From contig NC_004460.2 in the NCBI RefSeq assembly GCF_000039765.1, positions 630,001 to 662,000 of the forward strand: a stretch of DNA of 32,000 bases, written 5' to 3'. The position numbers and the translations under genes are program-made. The notes beneath the pieces were generated by a model. The model saw only the letters and a program-made list of their open reading frames with translations. It searched no databases and had not been told where the DNA came from. Below, piece by piece: positions 7,244-15,482 of this stretch (position 1 is its first letter; every line of letters begins with the position of its first letter). This DNA comes from Vibrio vulnificus CMCP6 (lineage in GTDB: Bacteria > Pseudomonadota > Gammaproteobacteria > Enterobacterales > Vibrionaceae).

Positions 7244-8122
7244 ATGCAATCTCAACACCACCCAATTCTTGGCGCGTCGTGGATGCTGACCGCTGGTTTA
7301 GCTTTCGCTATCGTCAACAGCCTGGCGCAAGTTGCCAGCATTCAATTTGCCATTCCGTCAACCACTGTTGCGCTGATTCAATATGGCATCGCTTTAATTG
7401 TGATTTTGCCGTACTTAAAAACGCTGGGCATTCGCCAATCGCTGCGCACCTCTCATTTTGGCTGGCATGCACTGCGAGTCTTTTTGTCGGTTATCGGTAT
7501 CCAGCTTTGGCTTTGGGCACTCGCTTATCCGGTGCCGATTTGGCAAGGCATCGCGCTATTAATGACTTCCCCACTCTTTGCGACGATCGGCTCAGGGCTG
7601 CTTCTGAAAGAGAAAGTGGGTGTGGCACGCTGGGGCGCGACGCTGTTCGGTTTCATTGGTGCGATGATCATTCTTGAGCCTTGGGCGGATGATTTTCATC
7701 TTGCGACCTTACTGCCTGTCGGCGCTGCCTTCTTTTGGGCATGTTATTCACTGATGGTTAAAAAGCTCTCGGTCAACGATCCACCCTCCACCATGGTGGT
7801 TTATCTGCTGCTGTTGATTACGCCATTCAACATCATGCTGGCGATTCCTGATTTCACAATGCCGAGCAGTACGACCATTTGGCTGATCCTTTTTGCCGCG
7901 GGCTGCATGACTGCACTGGCACAATGGGCCATCGTCAAAGCTTATGCCAGTGCCGATGCCTCCTTTGTTCAGCCTTTTGATCACGCTAAACTGCCATTGA
8001 ACGTACTTGCAGGTTGGCTTGTATTTGGTTGGGTGCCACCGGGCAGACTTTGGCTTGGTGCCTTCATCATTATTGCTTCTGTCGCCTTTATTACTCATTG
8101 GGAAACCAAAAAAACAAAATAG
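7244..8122 (+). CDS. EamA/DMT-superfamily transporter (10-TM, RhaT-like)
   Basis: 292 aa. It is uniformly hydrophobic with two EamA-like halves. The overlapping 7228-7677 ORF is in another frame and is not membrane-like. Confidence 0.85.
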   Translation: MQSQHHPILGASWMLTAGLAFAIVNSLAQVASIQFAIPSTTVALIQYGIALIVILPYLKTLGIRQSLRTSHFGWHALRVFLSVIGIQLWLWALAYPVPIWQGIALLMTSPLFATIGSGLLLKEKVGVARWGATLFGFIGAMIILEPWADDFHLATLLPVGAAFFWACYSLMVKKLSVNDPPSTMVVYLLLLITPFNIMLAIPDFTMPSSTTIWLILFAAGCMTALAQWAIVKAYASADASFVQPFDHAKLPLNVLAGWLVFGWVPPGRLWLGAFIIIASVAFITHWETKKTK

Positions 8123-8186
8123 CGTGAAAGGAAAACATCGCCAGTGCGTTCTACTACACTAATAGAGCGATTTTGAGGAATATTTA

Positions 8187-8792
8187 ATGAGTGAAGCGAT
8201 TAAAATCACCCTGTACCGTTGGGCGGGAAGTTGGGGACCATTTAAAGTCAACATCCCATGTGGTGAGTGTACGTTAACCAAAGATATCTTAACCGATACG
8301 TTTGCCAATGAACTTAACGGTATTCCTGTTGAATTGGAAGTCAAAGACTGGCTTTCTCACTGGTGGGAGCCGTTAAAGCTCGGCGCTTGGCATGCGCCTA
8401 TTTTGGTGGTTGAAGGCAAAGTGATTAGCCAAGGTGAAGCCCTTAACCGTGGCGTGCTCATTCAATCTGTGATCAAAGAGTGGACAAAGCGCGACACCCT
8501 TAAAGGGAATATTGTTTTTGGTAAAGCGACCTGCCCTTACTGTGTAAAAGCCAAGCAGCTTTTGGATTCGGCGGGCATTCACTACCAATATCACGATGTC
8601 GTCAAAGAAAGCGCCGCGCTGTATCGTATGATTCCAGAAGTCAAAGCCATTATTGGCGAAAAAACGCCCGTCACCGTACCACAAATTTGGTTAGATGGTT
8701 CGTACATTGGGGGTTGCGACAAGCTGGAAGTCTATCTTAAAGAGCGTGGGCTTGATGTCGTTCCGAACAATGTGGTGGAGATGGCAAACTGA
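8187..8792 (+). CDS. Two-domain glutaredoxin-family protein (N-terminal CGEC domain plus C-terminal CPYC glutaredoxin)
   Basis: 201 aa. The C-terminal half is classical Grx (IVFGKATCPYCVKAKQLL...TVPQIWLDGSYIGGCD). The N-terminal ~100 aa carries a second CxxC (NIPCGECTL). A GAGGA SD lies 8 nt upstream. Confidence 0.88.
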   Translation: MSEAIKITLYRWAGSWGPFKVNIPCGECTLTKDILTDTFANELNGIPVELEVKDWLSHWWEPLKLGAWHAPILVVEGKVISQGEALNRGVLIQSVIKEWTKRDTLKGNIVFGKATCPYCVKAKQLLDSAGIHYQYHDVVKESAALYRMIPEVKAIIGEKTPVTVPQIWLDGSYIGGCDKLEVYLKERGLDVVPNNVVEMAN

Positions 8793-8820
8793 TTAAGTTG
8801 ACCATAGATAAGCAGATAAG

Positions 8821-8849
8821 AAAAAACCTGGCGATGCCAGGTTTTTTTT
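8821..8849. terminator. Bidirectional intrinsic terminator
   Basis: aaaaaacctggc-gat-gccaggtttttttt is a GC-rich stem flanked by an A-run and a T-run. It serves the grx-like gene (+) and the 44-aa gene (-). Confidence 0.88.
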
Positions 8850-8885
8850 GAAACTTTACTACAAAATAACGCTTTAAGCTTGCTG

Positions 8886-9020
8886 TTATTTTGCCATTTT
8901 CTTTAGCATGCGGCTGATAAATGACGCTTTCTTCTTCGCTGTCTTGCCATACATAGCTTTGTGCATTGCGTCTTTTGCCATCATTTGACCGATGTAAGCA
9001 CCGCCTAATTCATAACCCAT
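8886..9020 (-). CDS. Small basic protein, 44 aa (below the ORF-track cutoff), function unknown
   Basis: Hand translation gives MGYELGGAYIGQMMAKDAMHKAMYGKTAKKKASFISRMLKKMAK*. A GGAGA SD lies 7 nt upstream of the ATG (reverse complement of 9021-9035 is cattggagaatcaag). The bidirectional terminator is ~40 nt downstream. Confidence 0.55.
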   Translation of the reverse strand: MGYELGGAYIGQMMAKDAMHKAMYGKTAKKKASFISRMLKKMAK

Positions 9021-9152
9021 CTTGATTCTCCAATGTTTTCTCTTCTGTTTTCATGTGTAATATTACTACAAAACCATCAGATAACAAGACGAAGATCACG
9101 TTTATTTGGTAATTTTATTTCATGAAAAGATAAAAAACATTTATCACGAAAA

Positions 9153-9184
9153 CAAAAAAACGGCAGTAACATTGCCGTTTTTTG
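9153..9184. terminator. Bidirectional intrinsic terminator downstream of the 116-aa gene
   Basis: aaaaaaacggca-gtaacat-tgccgtttttt has a 7-bp stem flanked by A- and T-runs. Confidence 0.75.
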
Positions 9185-9213
9185 AGCGTTCTAAAAAAGC
9201 GATTCCGCTAGCG

Positions 9214-9564
9214 TTAGCTACGCTTCGGTTGCTGATAGGTTTTTCCTGCAGCTTGGTAGGTCTCTTTGGCCTTGATCTCGAACATGACATCAAAGAACCA
9301 AGCGGCAAACTTCACCAAGTGCTCACCTTCGTTCATTACATGCTCAACGTATTCCGTCTCTTCACCTGCTTCGTTTTCTTGTAACGTCACGTGATAGATT
9401 CGTTTTTCGCCATCCACTTCTGCCAAAGCAAATTGCCCTGAAAGCGATGCTGCCGCTTCTGCAACTTCCTCATCGTCACACGCTTTTAGAAGCTCTAGTG
9501 CTTTAGGTAAGTTCTCTTGCTGGCAAACCTGCTTAACCAACTGTTCAAATTCATTTTGTTGCAT
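9214..9564 (-). CDS. Acidic hypothetical protein, 116 aa
   Basis: The ORF has a GAGGG SD upstream and a terminator downstream. It is rich in Glu/Asp (…QENEAGEETEYVEHVMNEGEH…). I recognise no motif. Confidence 0.7.
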   Translation of the reverse strand: MQQNEFEQLVKQVCQQENLPKALELLKACDDEEVAEAAASLSGQFALAEVDGEKRIYHVTLQENEAGEETEYVEHVMNEGEHLVKFAAWFFDVMFEIKAKETYQAAGKTYQQPKRS

Positions 9565-9622
9565 GGGTAACCCTCATTAACTGCTGCGCGGCATTGTAGT
9601 GACGGGGGGTGAGATAATCAAG

Positions 9623-10816
9623 TTAGACTTTCTGTACCTCCGGCGTCGTCATCACTTTGCCCTTGAGCAGCAACACCGCAAAACATCCCATCGCAACTAG
9701 AATATAAAACAATCCTAATTGAGCCTGAGTTCGAACGCAGTGTTCAACCAAAAATCCACCGAGCAGAGCTGCCATTACCATCTGCACTGAGCCAGACAAC
9801 GCAGAAACAGATCCCGCATTTTGCTTGTGAGGGGCAAGGAGCAAGCTGATCGACAGAGGGAATGACATTCCTTGAGCAAAACTCATCACGGTAAAGGCAG
9901 CGATCAAGCTAACGCTACTAAAAGGCGCCCAAATGAGCCCACAACCAGACAGAGCCACAAGAACAAAACTGGCGGCAAGCAGCCTCTTCACCTCGAAATA
10001 GCGTAACAAGACATTGACTGTAACACTACCAAGCAAAAGACCAGCAGATGGAATGATCATCATGCTGCCATAATCAGCAGCAGAAAATCCAAGCTCTCCT
10101 TGCATCATGAAAGGGAATACCGAGAGCGAAACAAGGCTAACAAGGTAGCTCATCCAGTTAAAACTGGCACTGCCGATCACTTGCGGATTAGTCGCCAAAG
10201 TGCGATAAGTCGCCAACACGGTTAAAGGACGAAAACGTCTCTTGGCGTAAGGCAAGGTTTCTGGCAACACAAAATAGCCCAACGTAAATATCGCCAATAA
10301 GTAGCACAACACAAAAACGAACACCGCTTGCCAACTGACATGAAAGGCGATCCAGCCGCCAAAAACCGGGGCAATGATCGGCATGATCGATGCGGTAATC
10401 GAAATATAAGAGAGCGCTTTGGTCAATTGTGCCCCTTCGTAGCTGTCTCGCAATACAGAACGCCCCAACACCGATGCGCTACCCGCCCCTAATCCTTGCA
10501 ACAATCGACCTAACTCTAACGCTTCAATACTGGATGAAAACGCGATACAGATGACAGTGCCAACTAAGTAGATCCCTTGGCCAAGAATGAAAACTGGACG
10601 TCGACCAATCGCATCAGACAAAGGGCCATAAAAGAGTTGTGATGCACCAAAGCCAACAAGAAAGAAAGTCACGACATTTTGTACGTCAGCTTGTGTCAAT
10701 CCGAGATCGTGACTAATAAGGGGAAGAGACGGTAAATAAATGGCCACGCCCACTTGCCCTGTCGCGATGATCATCATCGCTAAAAGCAATGGCATTTTTT
10801 GTAACGACTTCAGCAT
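9623..10816 (-). CDS. MFS transporter, Bcr/CflA-type drug:H+ antiporter family
   Basis: 397 aa with 12 predicted TM helices. It has the MFS motif 'GPLSDAIGRRPV' between TM2 and TM3 and a strong SD (GAGAGGAGAGGGGA). Confidence 0.88.
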   Translation of the reverse strand: MLKSLQKMPLLLAMMIIATGQVGVAIYLPSLPLISHDLGLTQADVQNVVTFFLVGFGASQLFYGPLSDAIGRRPVFILGQGIYLVGTVICIAFSSSIEALELGRLLQGLGAGSASVLGRSVLRDSYEGAQLTKALSYISITASIMPIIAPVFGGWIAFHVSWQAVFVFVLCYLLAIFTLGYFVLPETLPYAKRRFRPLTVLATYRTLATNPQVIGSASFNWMSYLVSLVSLSVFPFMMQGELGFSAADYGSMMIIPSAGLLLGSVTVNVLLRYFEVKRLLAASFVLVALSGCGLIWAPFSSVSLIAAFTVMSFAQGMSFPLSISLLLAPHKQNAGSVSALSGSVQMVMAALLGGFLVEHCVRTQAQLGLFYILVAMGCFAVLLLKGKVMTTPEVQKV

Positions 10817-10919
10817 TCCCCTCTCCTCTCTTACATCAAATTATTTACAGTTTATATTGGCCTTTGATTGATGATAATCTCCCCAATCGGAAAGAGATTA
10901 ATTCCCTAAAGGAAAGAAT

Positions 10920-11807
10920 ATGGATTGGTTTCAAAGCGTAAACAGCTACATCAGAGTGGTGGAAGAAGGCAGTTTTAACGCGGCAGCGCGTAAAATGAAC
11001 ACCACCAGTTCCGCCATCAGCAAGCGGATACAGTGGTTAGAGGAGAAAATTGGTGTTCAGTTGCTTAAGCGCACCACACGATCCATCAGCCAAACCGAAG
11101 CGGGCGCTCTGTTTTATCAGCGCGCAAAGTTGCAACTCGATGGCTGGCAATCGGTTTTAGATGAGACGCGATCCGTCAACCTAAGCCCAGCTGGATTACT
11201 GAAAATTGGCGCAACCCTTGCCGTCGGATCTAAGTTCTTAGTTCACTATCTGGATGATTTTCTAGAAAAATACCCAGATATTAAAATCCAGCTCTTTACC
11301 ACATTACCAGGGCAACTGCCTGAGCTGAGCCTAGATCTTTTTATCAGCCGAGAGTTGGAACAGCTGAACTCCCTGAGCTTTAAAGCAACCGCGCTTTTTG
11401 AACATAAAGCGACGTTTTTTGCGGCCCCCAGCTATATTGAAAAATACGGTATGCCGGAGAACGCAGAGCAGTTGGTGAATCACAATATCCTGATCTGGGG
11501 AGAAAAGCCGAGTCGAGAACTGAAACTCAACAATGGTAAACGCATGACTTTGCGTGGCAACTTCTCGACAACCAATCCAGAAGCGCTTTTCCACGGTGCA
11601 AAACGAGGCATGGGCATTCTGCTCAGTAATAACGTGATGATCAAAGAAGAGCTGCGTACTGGCGCTTTGGTTCCTGTTCTGCCAAACGTGCACGCAGACG
11701 AAGCCACCGTTTACGCTTACTACCCCAAACTGGACTATCAGCACACAAGAACAAAACTGTTTTTGGATTACCTTAAAGAGCGGCTACAGCAAGAAAAGTC
11801 CGTATAG
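10920..11807 (+). CDS. LysR-family transcriptional regulator, divergent from the MFS gene
   Basis: 295 aa with an N-terminal HTH (VVEEGSFNAAARKMNTTSSAISKRIQWLEEKIGVQLLKR) and a C-terminal LysR substrate-binding fold. Confidence 0.9.
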   Translation: MDWFQSVNSYIRVVEEGSFNAAARKMNTTSSAISKRIQWLEEKIGVQLLKRTTRSISQTEAGALFYQRAKLQLDGWQSVLDETRSVNLSPAGLLKIGATLAVGSKFLVHYLDDFLEKYPDIKIQLFTTLPGQLPELSLDLFISRELEQLNSLSFKATALFEHKATFFAAPSYIEKYGMPENAEQLVNHNILIWGEKPSRELKLNNGKRMTLRGNFSTTNPEALFHGAKRGMGILLSNNVMIKEELRTGALVPVLPNVHADEATVYAYYPKLDYQHTRTKLFLDYLKERLQQEKSV

Positions 11808-11950
11808 AGCAAAAAAGTGCTAACTCTTTCTGCTCAGTAACTGGCTATGAGATAACACTTTCCTAGCAAATCTGATTTTTCTTCATTGCAAACTTCTACT
11901 ACCTGAACGATATTTAACGTGATGCATATCTAGATTGTTTTCGCAACGTT

Positions 11951-13840
11951 ATGCAACAAAAGTGTCACTATTATAATAATCAGGTAGAGAAACGTCAGAT
12001 GAATGATTCAACGCTCCAAGCTTGCATCGATTTAGATGAGCTTATTCATACTCTATCTCTCGACGGTAGCGAGCTGCTCAATCAAGTTACGCTCAAGCTG
12101 CATTCCACTTTAAGCTCGTACTGCACCTGTATCGTAGAGATAGATCTGCACCACAACCATGCCAATACCTTGGCTTATGCAAAAGAGGGAAGCAACGTTA
12201 ACGCTGCGCGTTATAGCTTAGAAAATACGCCATTTGAACGCATCGCTCTCAAGGTGATCGAGCACTGTCATCTGATTCAAGACAACGTCCCTGACAGCTA
12301 TTTCTCACTAGAAGAAGGGCTAGAATTTACCGAAGCGGGCGTGCATGCGTTTGTCGGCATTCCACTGCGCGGCCATAATGGCGATATTTTGGGTATTCTG
12401 GTTTCCACATTTGGATTTAAACCTCACGACCCTCAGTTAATACTCAAATATCACCGCATATACGCCAACATCATTATTCACGGTTTACGAGAAAAGTGGC
12501 TAAGTGATCGCTCTGATCAGTTGGTGAATCAACTCAGTTACGAAGTCTCACACGATAATTTGACCGGATTACTTAACCGCAGTTGCCTTTCGGATACCTT
12601 GGAAACCCTTACCCAGCAATCCGATCGCCCATTTAGCCTCGTTTGCATCGATATCGATAACTTCAAATTAATCAACGACATTCACGGCACCTACATTGGT
12701 GACCAAATCATCAAGTTTACTGCGCATGCCATTCAATCCGCACTGCCCACCCCTGCCTTGGCGTACCGAGTGGCGGGTGATGAGTTTGCTTTTATCACTT
12801 ATTCCGAAACGCCAGAGGAGGTGTGCGAGCACATACTGAATAAGATTGCGTTTGGCTATCAAGACAACGCCAATCACGTTCGATTTGACATCAGCATCGG
12901 CATCGCCAAAGCAAGCCAACGTCTTATTACGAGTGATGAGTTATTTCTCAACGCCAGCCTTGCGATGAAAGAGTGTAAAAAGCACCCTAACAATCGTATT
13001 CGCTGCTATGACACCCATTTAAGCGCGCTATACCATCGAAAAACACAGTTAATCGAAGCCATACGCGAGCAACTGGCGAAGCCTATCGATGAGGTAACAG
13101 AGATTTACGTGGCGATTCAGCCGATCGTCAACGTGCATAAACCACGTTGGGATTATTTTGAAGTGTTGGCGCGTTGGGACAGTGCCGAATATGGCTCAAT
13201 TTCGCCCGTTGAGTTTATTGATGCCGCCGAGCAATCAGGGCTCATTGTTCAGTTAGGAGAGCGGATCATCGAGCTCGCTTGCCGAGCAAAAAACTACTTG
13301 GAAGAATCGTTAGGTTATCGGGTGAAACTTGGCGTCAACTGTTCTGCGTATGAACTGAATGATGAAGAGCGATACCTTAATTACCTCAATAAGATGATGC
13401 AAAAGTATCATCTCGATCCCCGTGATTTCGTGATTGAACTTACAGAAACGGTGTTACTGACTCAAACGGGTAAAGAGCACATGGTGCTGGATGCACTAAG
13501 AGATCGCGGTTTCAAAGTGGCACTCGACGATTTCGGCACGGGTTACTCAAGCTTGAATTACATTCACAGCTACCCCATCGACACGATAAAAATCGACGCC
13601 AGCTTTATACGTAATATGCTTTGTAACGACACCGCTGAGCGCGTGGTGTGGCTTATCACACAACTGGCCTTACAACTTAAGGTGAATTTAGTCGCTGAAG
13701 GGGTTGAAGAAGAGCTGGCGTTGAAAAAATTGGTCGATATGGGATGCGAGCAGATCCAAGGCTATTACTATTCTCGTCCAATGAAACCAAGCCGAATCGT
13801 AGACAAACTGAGTGCCAAGCAGATCAAAAGCGCCTCTTAG
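11951..13840 (+). CDS. Cytoplasmic GAF-GGDEF-EAL protein (degenerate 'AGDEF'; EAL motif reads 'EVL'); likely a c-di-GMP phosphodiesterase
   Basis: 629 aa as tracked. It has a GAF-like N-terminus (…AFVGIPLRGHNGDILGILVS…), a GGDEF domain with 'YRVAGDEFAF', and an EAL domain with EVLARW, ELTE, DDFGTGYSSLNYI, KIDASF, EGVEEE and QGYYYSRP. The true start may be the ATG at 11999 (MNDSTLQ), which has aGGtAGAG ~10 nt upstream. Confidence 0.88.
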   Translation: MQQKCHYYNNQVEKRQMNDSTLQACIDLDELIHTLSLDGSELLNQVTLKLHSTLSSYCTCIVEIDLHHNHANTLAYAKEGSNVNAARYSLENTPFERIALKVIEHCHLIQDNVPDSYFSLEEGLEFTEAGVHAFVGIPLRGHNGDILGILVSTFGFKPHDPQLILKYHRIYANIIIHGLREKWLSDRSDQLVNQLSYEVSHDNLTGLLNRSCLSDTLETLTQQSDRPFSLVCIDIDNFKLINDIHGTYIGDQIIKFTAHAIQSALPTPALAYRVAGDEFAFITYSETPEEVCEHILNKIAFGYQDNANHVRFDISIGIAKASQRLITSDELFLNASLAMKECKKHPNNRIRCYDTHLSALYHRKTQLIEAIREQLAKPIDEVTEIYVAIQPIVNVHKPRWDYFEVLARWDSAEYGSISPVEFIDAAEQSGLIVQLGERIIELACRAKNYLEESLGYRVKLGVNCSAYELNDEERYLNYLNKMMQKYHLDPRDFVIELTETVLLTQTGKEHMVLDALRDRGFKVALDDFGTGYSSLNYIHSYPIDTIKIDASFIRNMLCNDTAERVVWLITQLALQLKVNLVAEGVEEELALKKLVDMGCEQIQGYYYSRPMKPSRIVDKLSAKQIKSAS

Positions 13841-13895
13841 CTTGCCTTATTCAACCGCTGGCGAACTCGCAACAGGGCTATGAAAACAGAGTTGT

Positions 13896-13924
13896 GAAAA
13901 AGGGACGATATTTCGTCCCTTTTC
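13896..13924. terminator. Bidirectional intrinsic terminator between convergent genes
   Basis: gaaaa-agggacga-tatt-tcgtccct-tttt has an 8-bp stem at 13901-13908 and 13913-13920. Confidence 0.85.
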
Positions 13925-13974
13925 TCATGGAGAAACCTTTGTGGATTTCGCCTTGCTAAGTCAGCACTCAGCGA

Positions 13975-14337
13975 TTATTGAAATGCTTCACCCGCTGCCG
14001 CGACAAAGGTCATTTCAACCAAGTAGTCTGGGTCAGCAAGCTCTGCTTTGACACAAGCACGGCTTGGTGCACAGCCTTCAGGAAACCAGTTGTCCCATAC
14101 TTCATTGAGCGCATCAAAGTTGGCAAAATCAGTCACATAAATGGTCACCGAAAGAATACGCGAGCGATCACTGCCGATTTTCGCCAATTGCGCTTCTGCT
14201 TGAGCAAAAATCTGCTCCACTTGGCCTTTCATGTCCGCGTTGGTATCACTGTCAGCCACTTCCACAAAATGCGCAATGCCATTGAAGACGGTAATATCAG
14301 ACCAGCGTTTACATGGGTTAATGCGGTGAATTGTCAT
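13975..14337 (-). CDS. RidA/YjgF/YER057c-family protein (enamine/imine deaminase-like)
   Basis: 120 aa of typical Rid length, with the '…ILSVTIYVTDFANFDALNEVWDNWF…PSRACVKAEL…VEM' pattern. Confidence 0.82.
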   Translation of the reverse strand: MTIHRINPCKRWSDITVFNGIAHFVEVADSDTNADMKGQVEQIFAQAEAQLAKIGSDRSRILSVTIYVTDFANFDALNEVWDNWFPEGCAPSRACVKAELADPDYLVEMTFVAAAGEAFQ

Positions 14338-14363
14338 CGTATTTTCTCTTTATCAGATTGATT

Positions 14364-15404
14364 TTATTTAAAGGGTTCTTGATGCTCGACTAAGCAAACC
14401 GGGCTACCAATTTGGCAGCTGAAGCCCGTTGCGGTTAATCGGCCCGTGTGGCGGTCGCGACGATAGCTGACCACATTATGGCTATGCTGGTTCGCCACCA
14501 GCAACCATTTGCCATTGCGCGACAACACAAAGTCTCGCGGAAAATCTCCAAGAGAATCCACCGCCTCTAACCATTTAGGCTCGCTTTGGCTAACATCAAA
14601 AACCGTGATTTTATTTTGTCGGCGGCAGGATGCATAGAGAAATTGCTCATCGGAAGACAATCGAATGGCAGAAGCCGCAGCGCCATTTTCTTCACCCGGC
14701 AGCAAAGGTTGCTCTGAAACCATCGCCCAACGTTCGTTTGCTCGTTCTAGCGTCAGCAAAGTTTCGGTCAATTCGCACAGCAAATAGGCACGAGTTTCCG
14801 CCTGATTAAAGACTAGGTGACGAGGGCCGGTGCCTGCAGGAAGTTTAAGTGACTGATGCAAAGTAAAGGCTTGCTGCTGATCATTAATTTGATAGAAATG
14901 CACCTGATCGGTACCCAAATCCACCACAGCTAAAAAAGGGCTATGGCGTAGAAACGTCGCTTGGTGCGCGTGTGGTGATGTTTGTCGCTCTCGATTTGGG
15001 CCATCACCTTCCACATAAAGCTCAGCAATGCACTCTGACGGCGCACCTAACACATCGAGCGTATATATGGAGGTGTTGCCTGAACCATAATTTGCGACGG
15101 CACAAAACGTCTGGGTCGGGTCAATATCTAAATGACAAGGGTAGCTACCGTTGATCGCCATTGCGCTACTGTCGACACAACCAAGTTGCATCAACTGTGG
15201 GTTCTCTTCAACCGCCACTTCATTGAAGGTATATAAGCCTCGCGAAGTTTGTGTGAGATAAGACGGATTGCGTAGCGTCGCCAGCTCGTTAAATGGGATC
15301 AACTCACCCGTTTCAGTATTGAGTTCCAGTTGAGCCACGCCGTCACTCATACTGGGTTCATCGGTATAGGTGCCAACGTAAAAATGTAAGATACCTTGTG
15401 TCAT
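14364..15404 (-). CDS. Seven-bladed beta-propeller lactonase (YbhE/Pgl-like family), no signal peptide
   Basis: 346 aa. It has the N-terminal 'FYVGTYTD' and the repeated motifs 'PSYL', 'PCHLDIDP', 'GPRHLVF' and 'FPRDFVLS' characteristic of this lactonase family. Confidence 0.8.
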   Translation of the reverse strand: MTQGILHFYVGTYTDEPSMSDGVAQLELNTETGELIPFNELATLRNPSYLTQTSRGLYTFNEVAVEENPQLMQLGCVDSSAMAINGSYPCHLDIDPTQTFCAVANYGSGNTSIYTLDVLGAPSECIAELYVEGDGPNRERQTSPHAHQATFLRHSPFLAVVDLGTDQVHFYQINDQQQAFTLHQSLKLPAGTGPRHLVFNQAETRAYLLCELTETLLTLERANERWAMVSEQPLLPGEENGAAASAIRLSSDEQFLYASCRRQNKITVFDVSQSEPKWLEAVDSLGDFPRDFVLSRNGKWLLVANQHSHNVVSYRRDRHTGRLTATGFSCQIGSPVCLVEHQEPFK

Positions 15405-15443
15405 TCTTTTTGCGCTTCCTTTGCGTTAAGCCATCTTGTTACC

Positions 15444-15469
15444 TTGCCGCCTGTCGTCACAGGCGGCAA
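15444..15469 (-). other. Intercistronic GC-rich hairpin (GH20-lactonase junction)
   Basis: ttgccgcctg (15444-15453) pairs with caggcggcaa (15460-15469). There is no U-run on the transcribed (minus) strand. Confidence 0.5.
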
Positions 15470-15482
15470 CGGCTTTTCTACA

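Noticed and set aside
7228-7677. 149-aa ORF overlapping the EamA gene start
   Set aside because: It is in a different frame from the 292-aa all-hydrophobic transporter ORF, and its product is not membrane-like.
9106-9384. 92-aa plus-strand ORF
   Set aside because: It spans a bidirectional terminator and is antisense to the 116-aa gene, which has a proper SD.
11331-11744. 137-aa and 75-aa minus-strand ORFs
   Set aside because: They are antisense shadows inside the LysR regulator gene.
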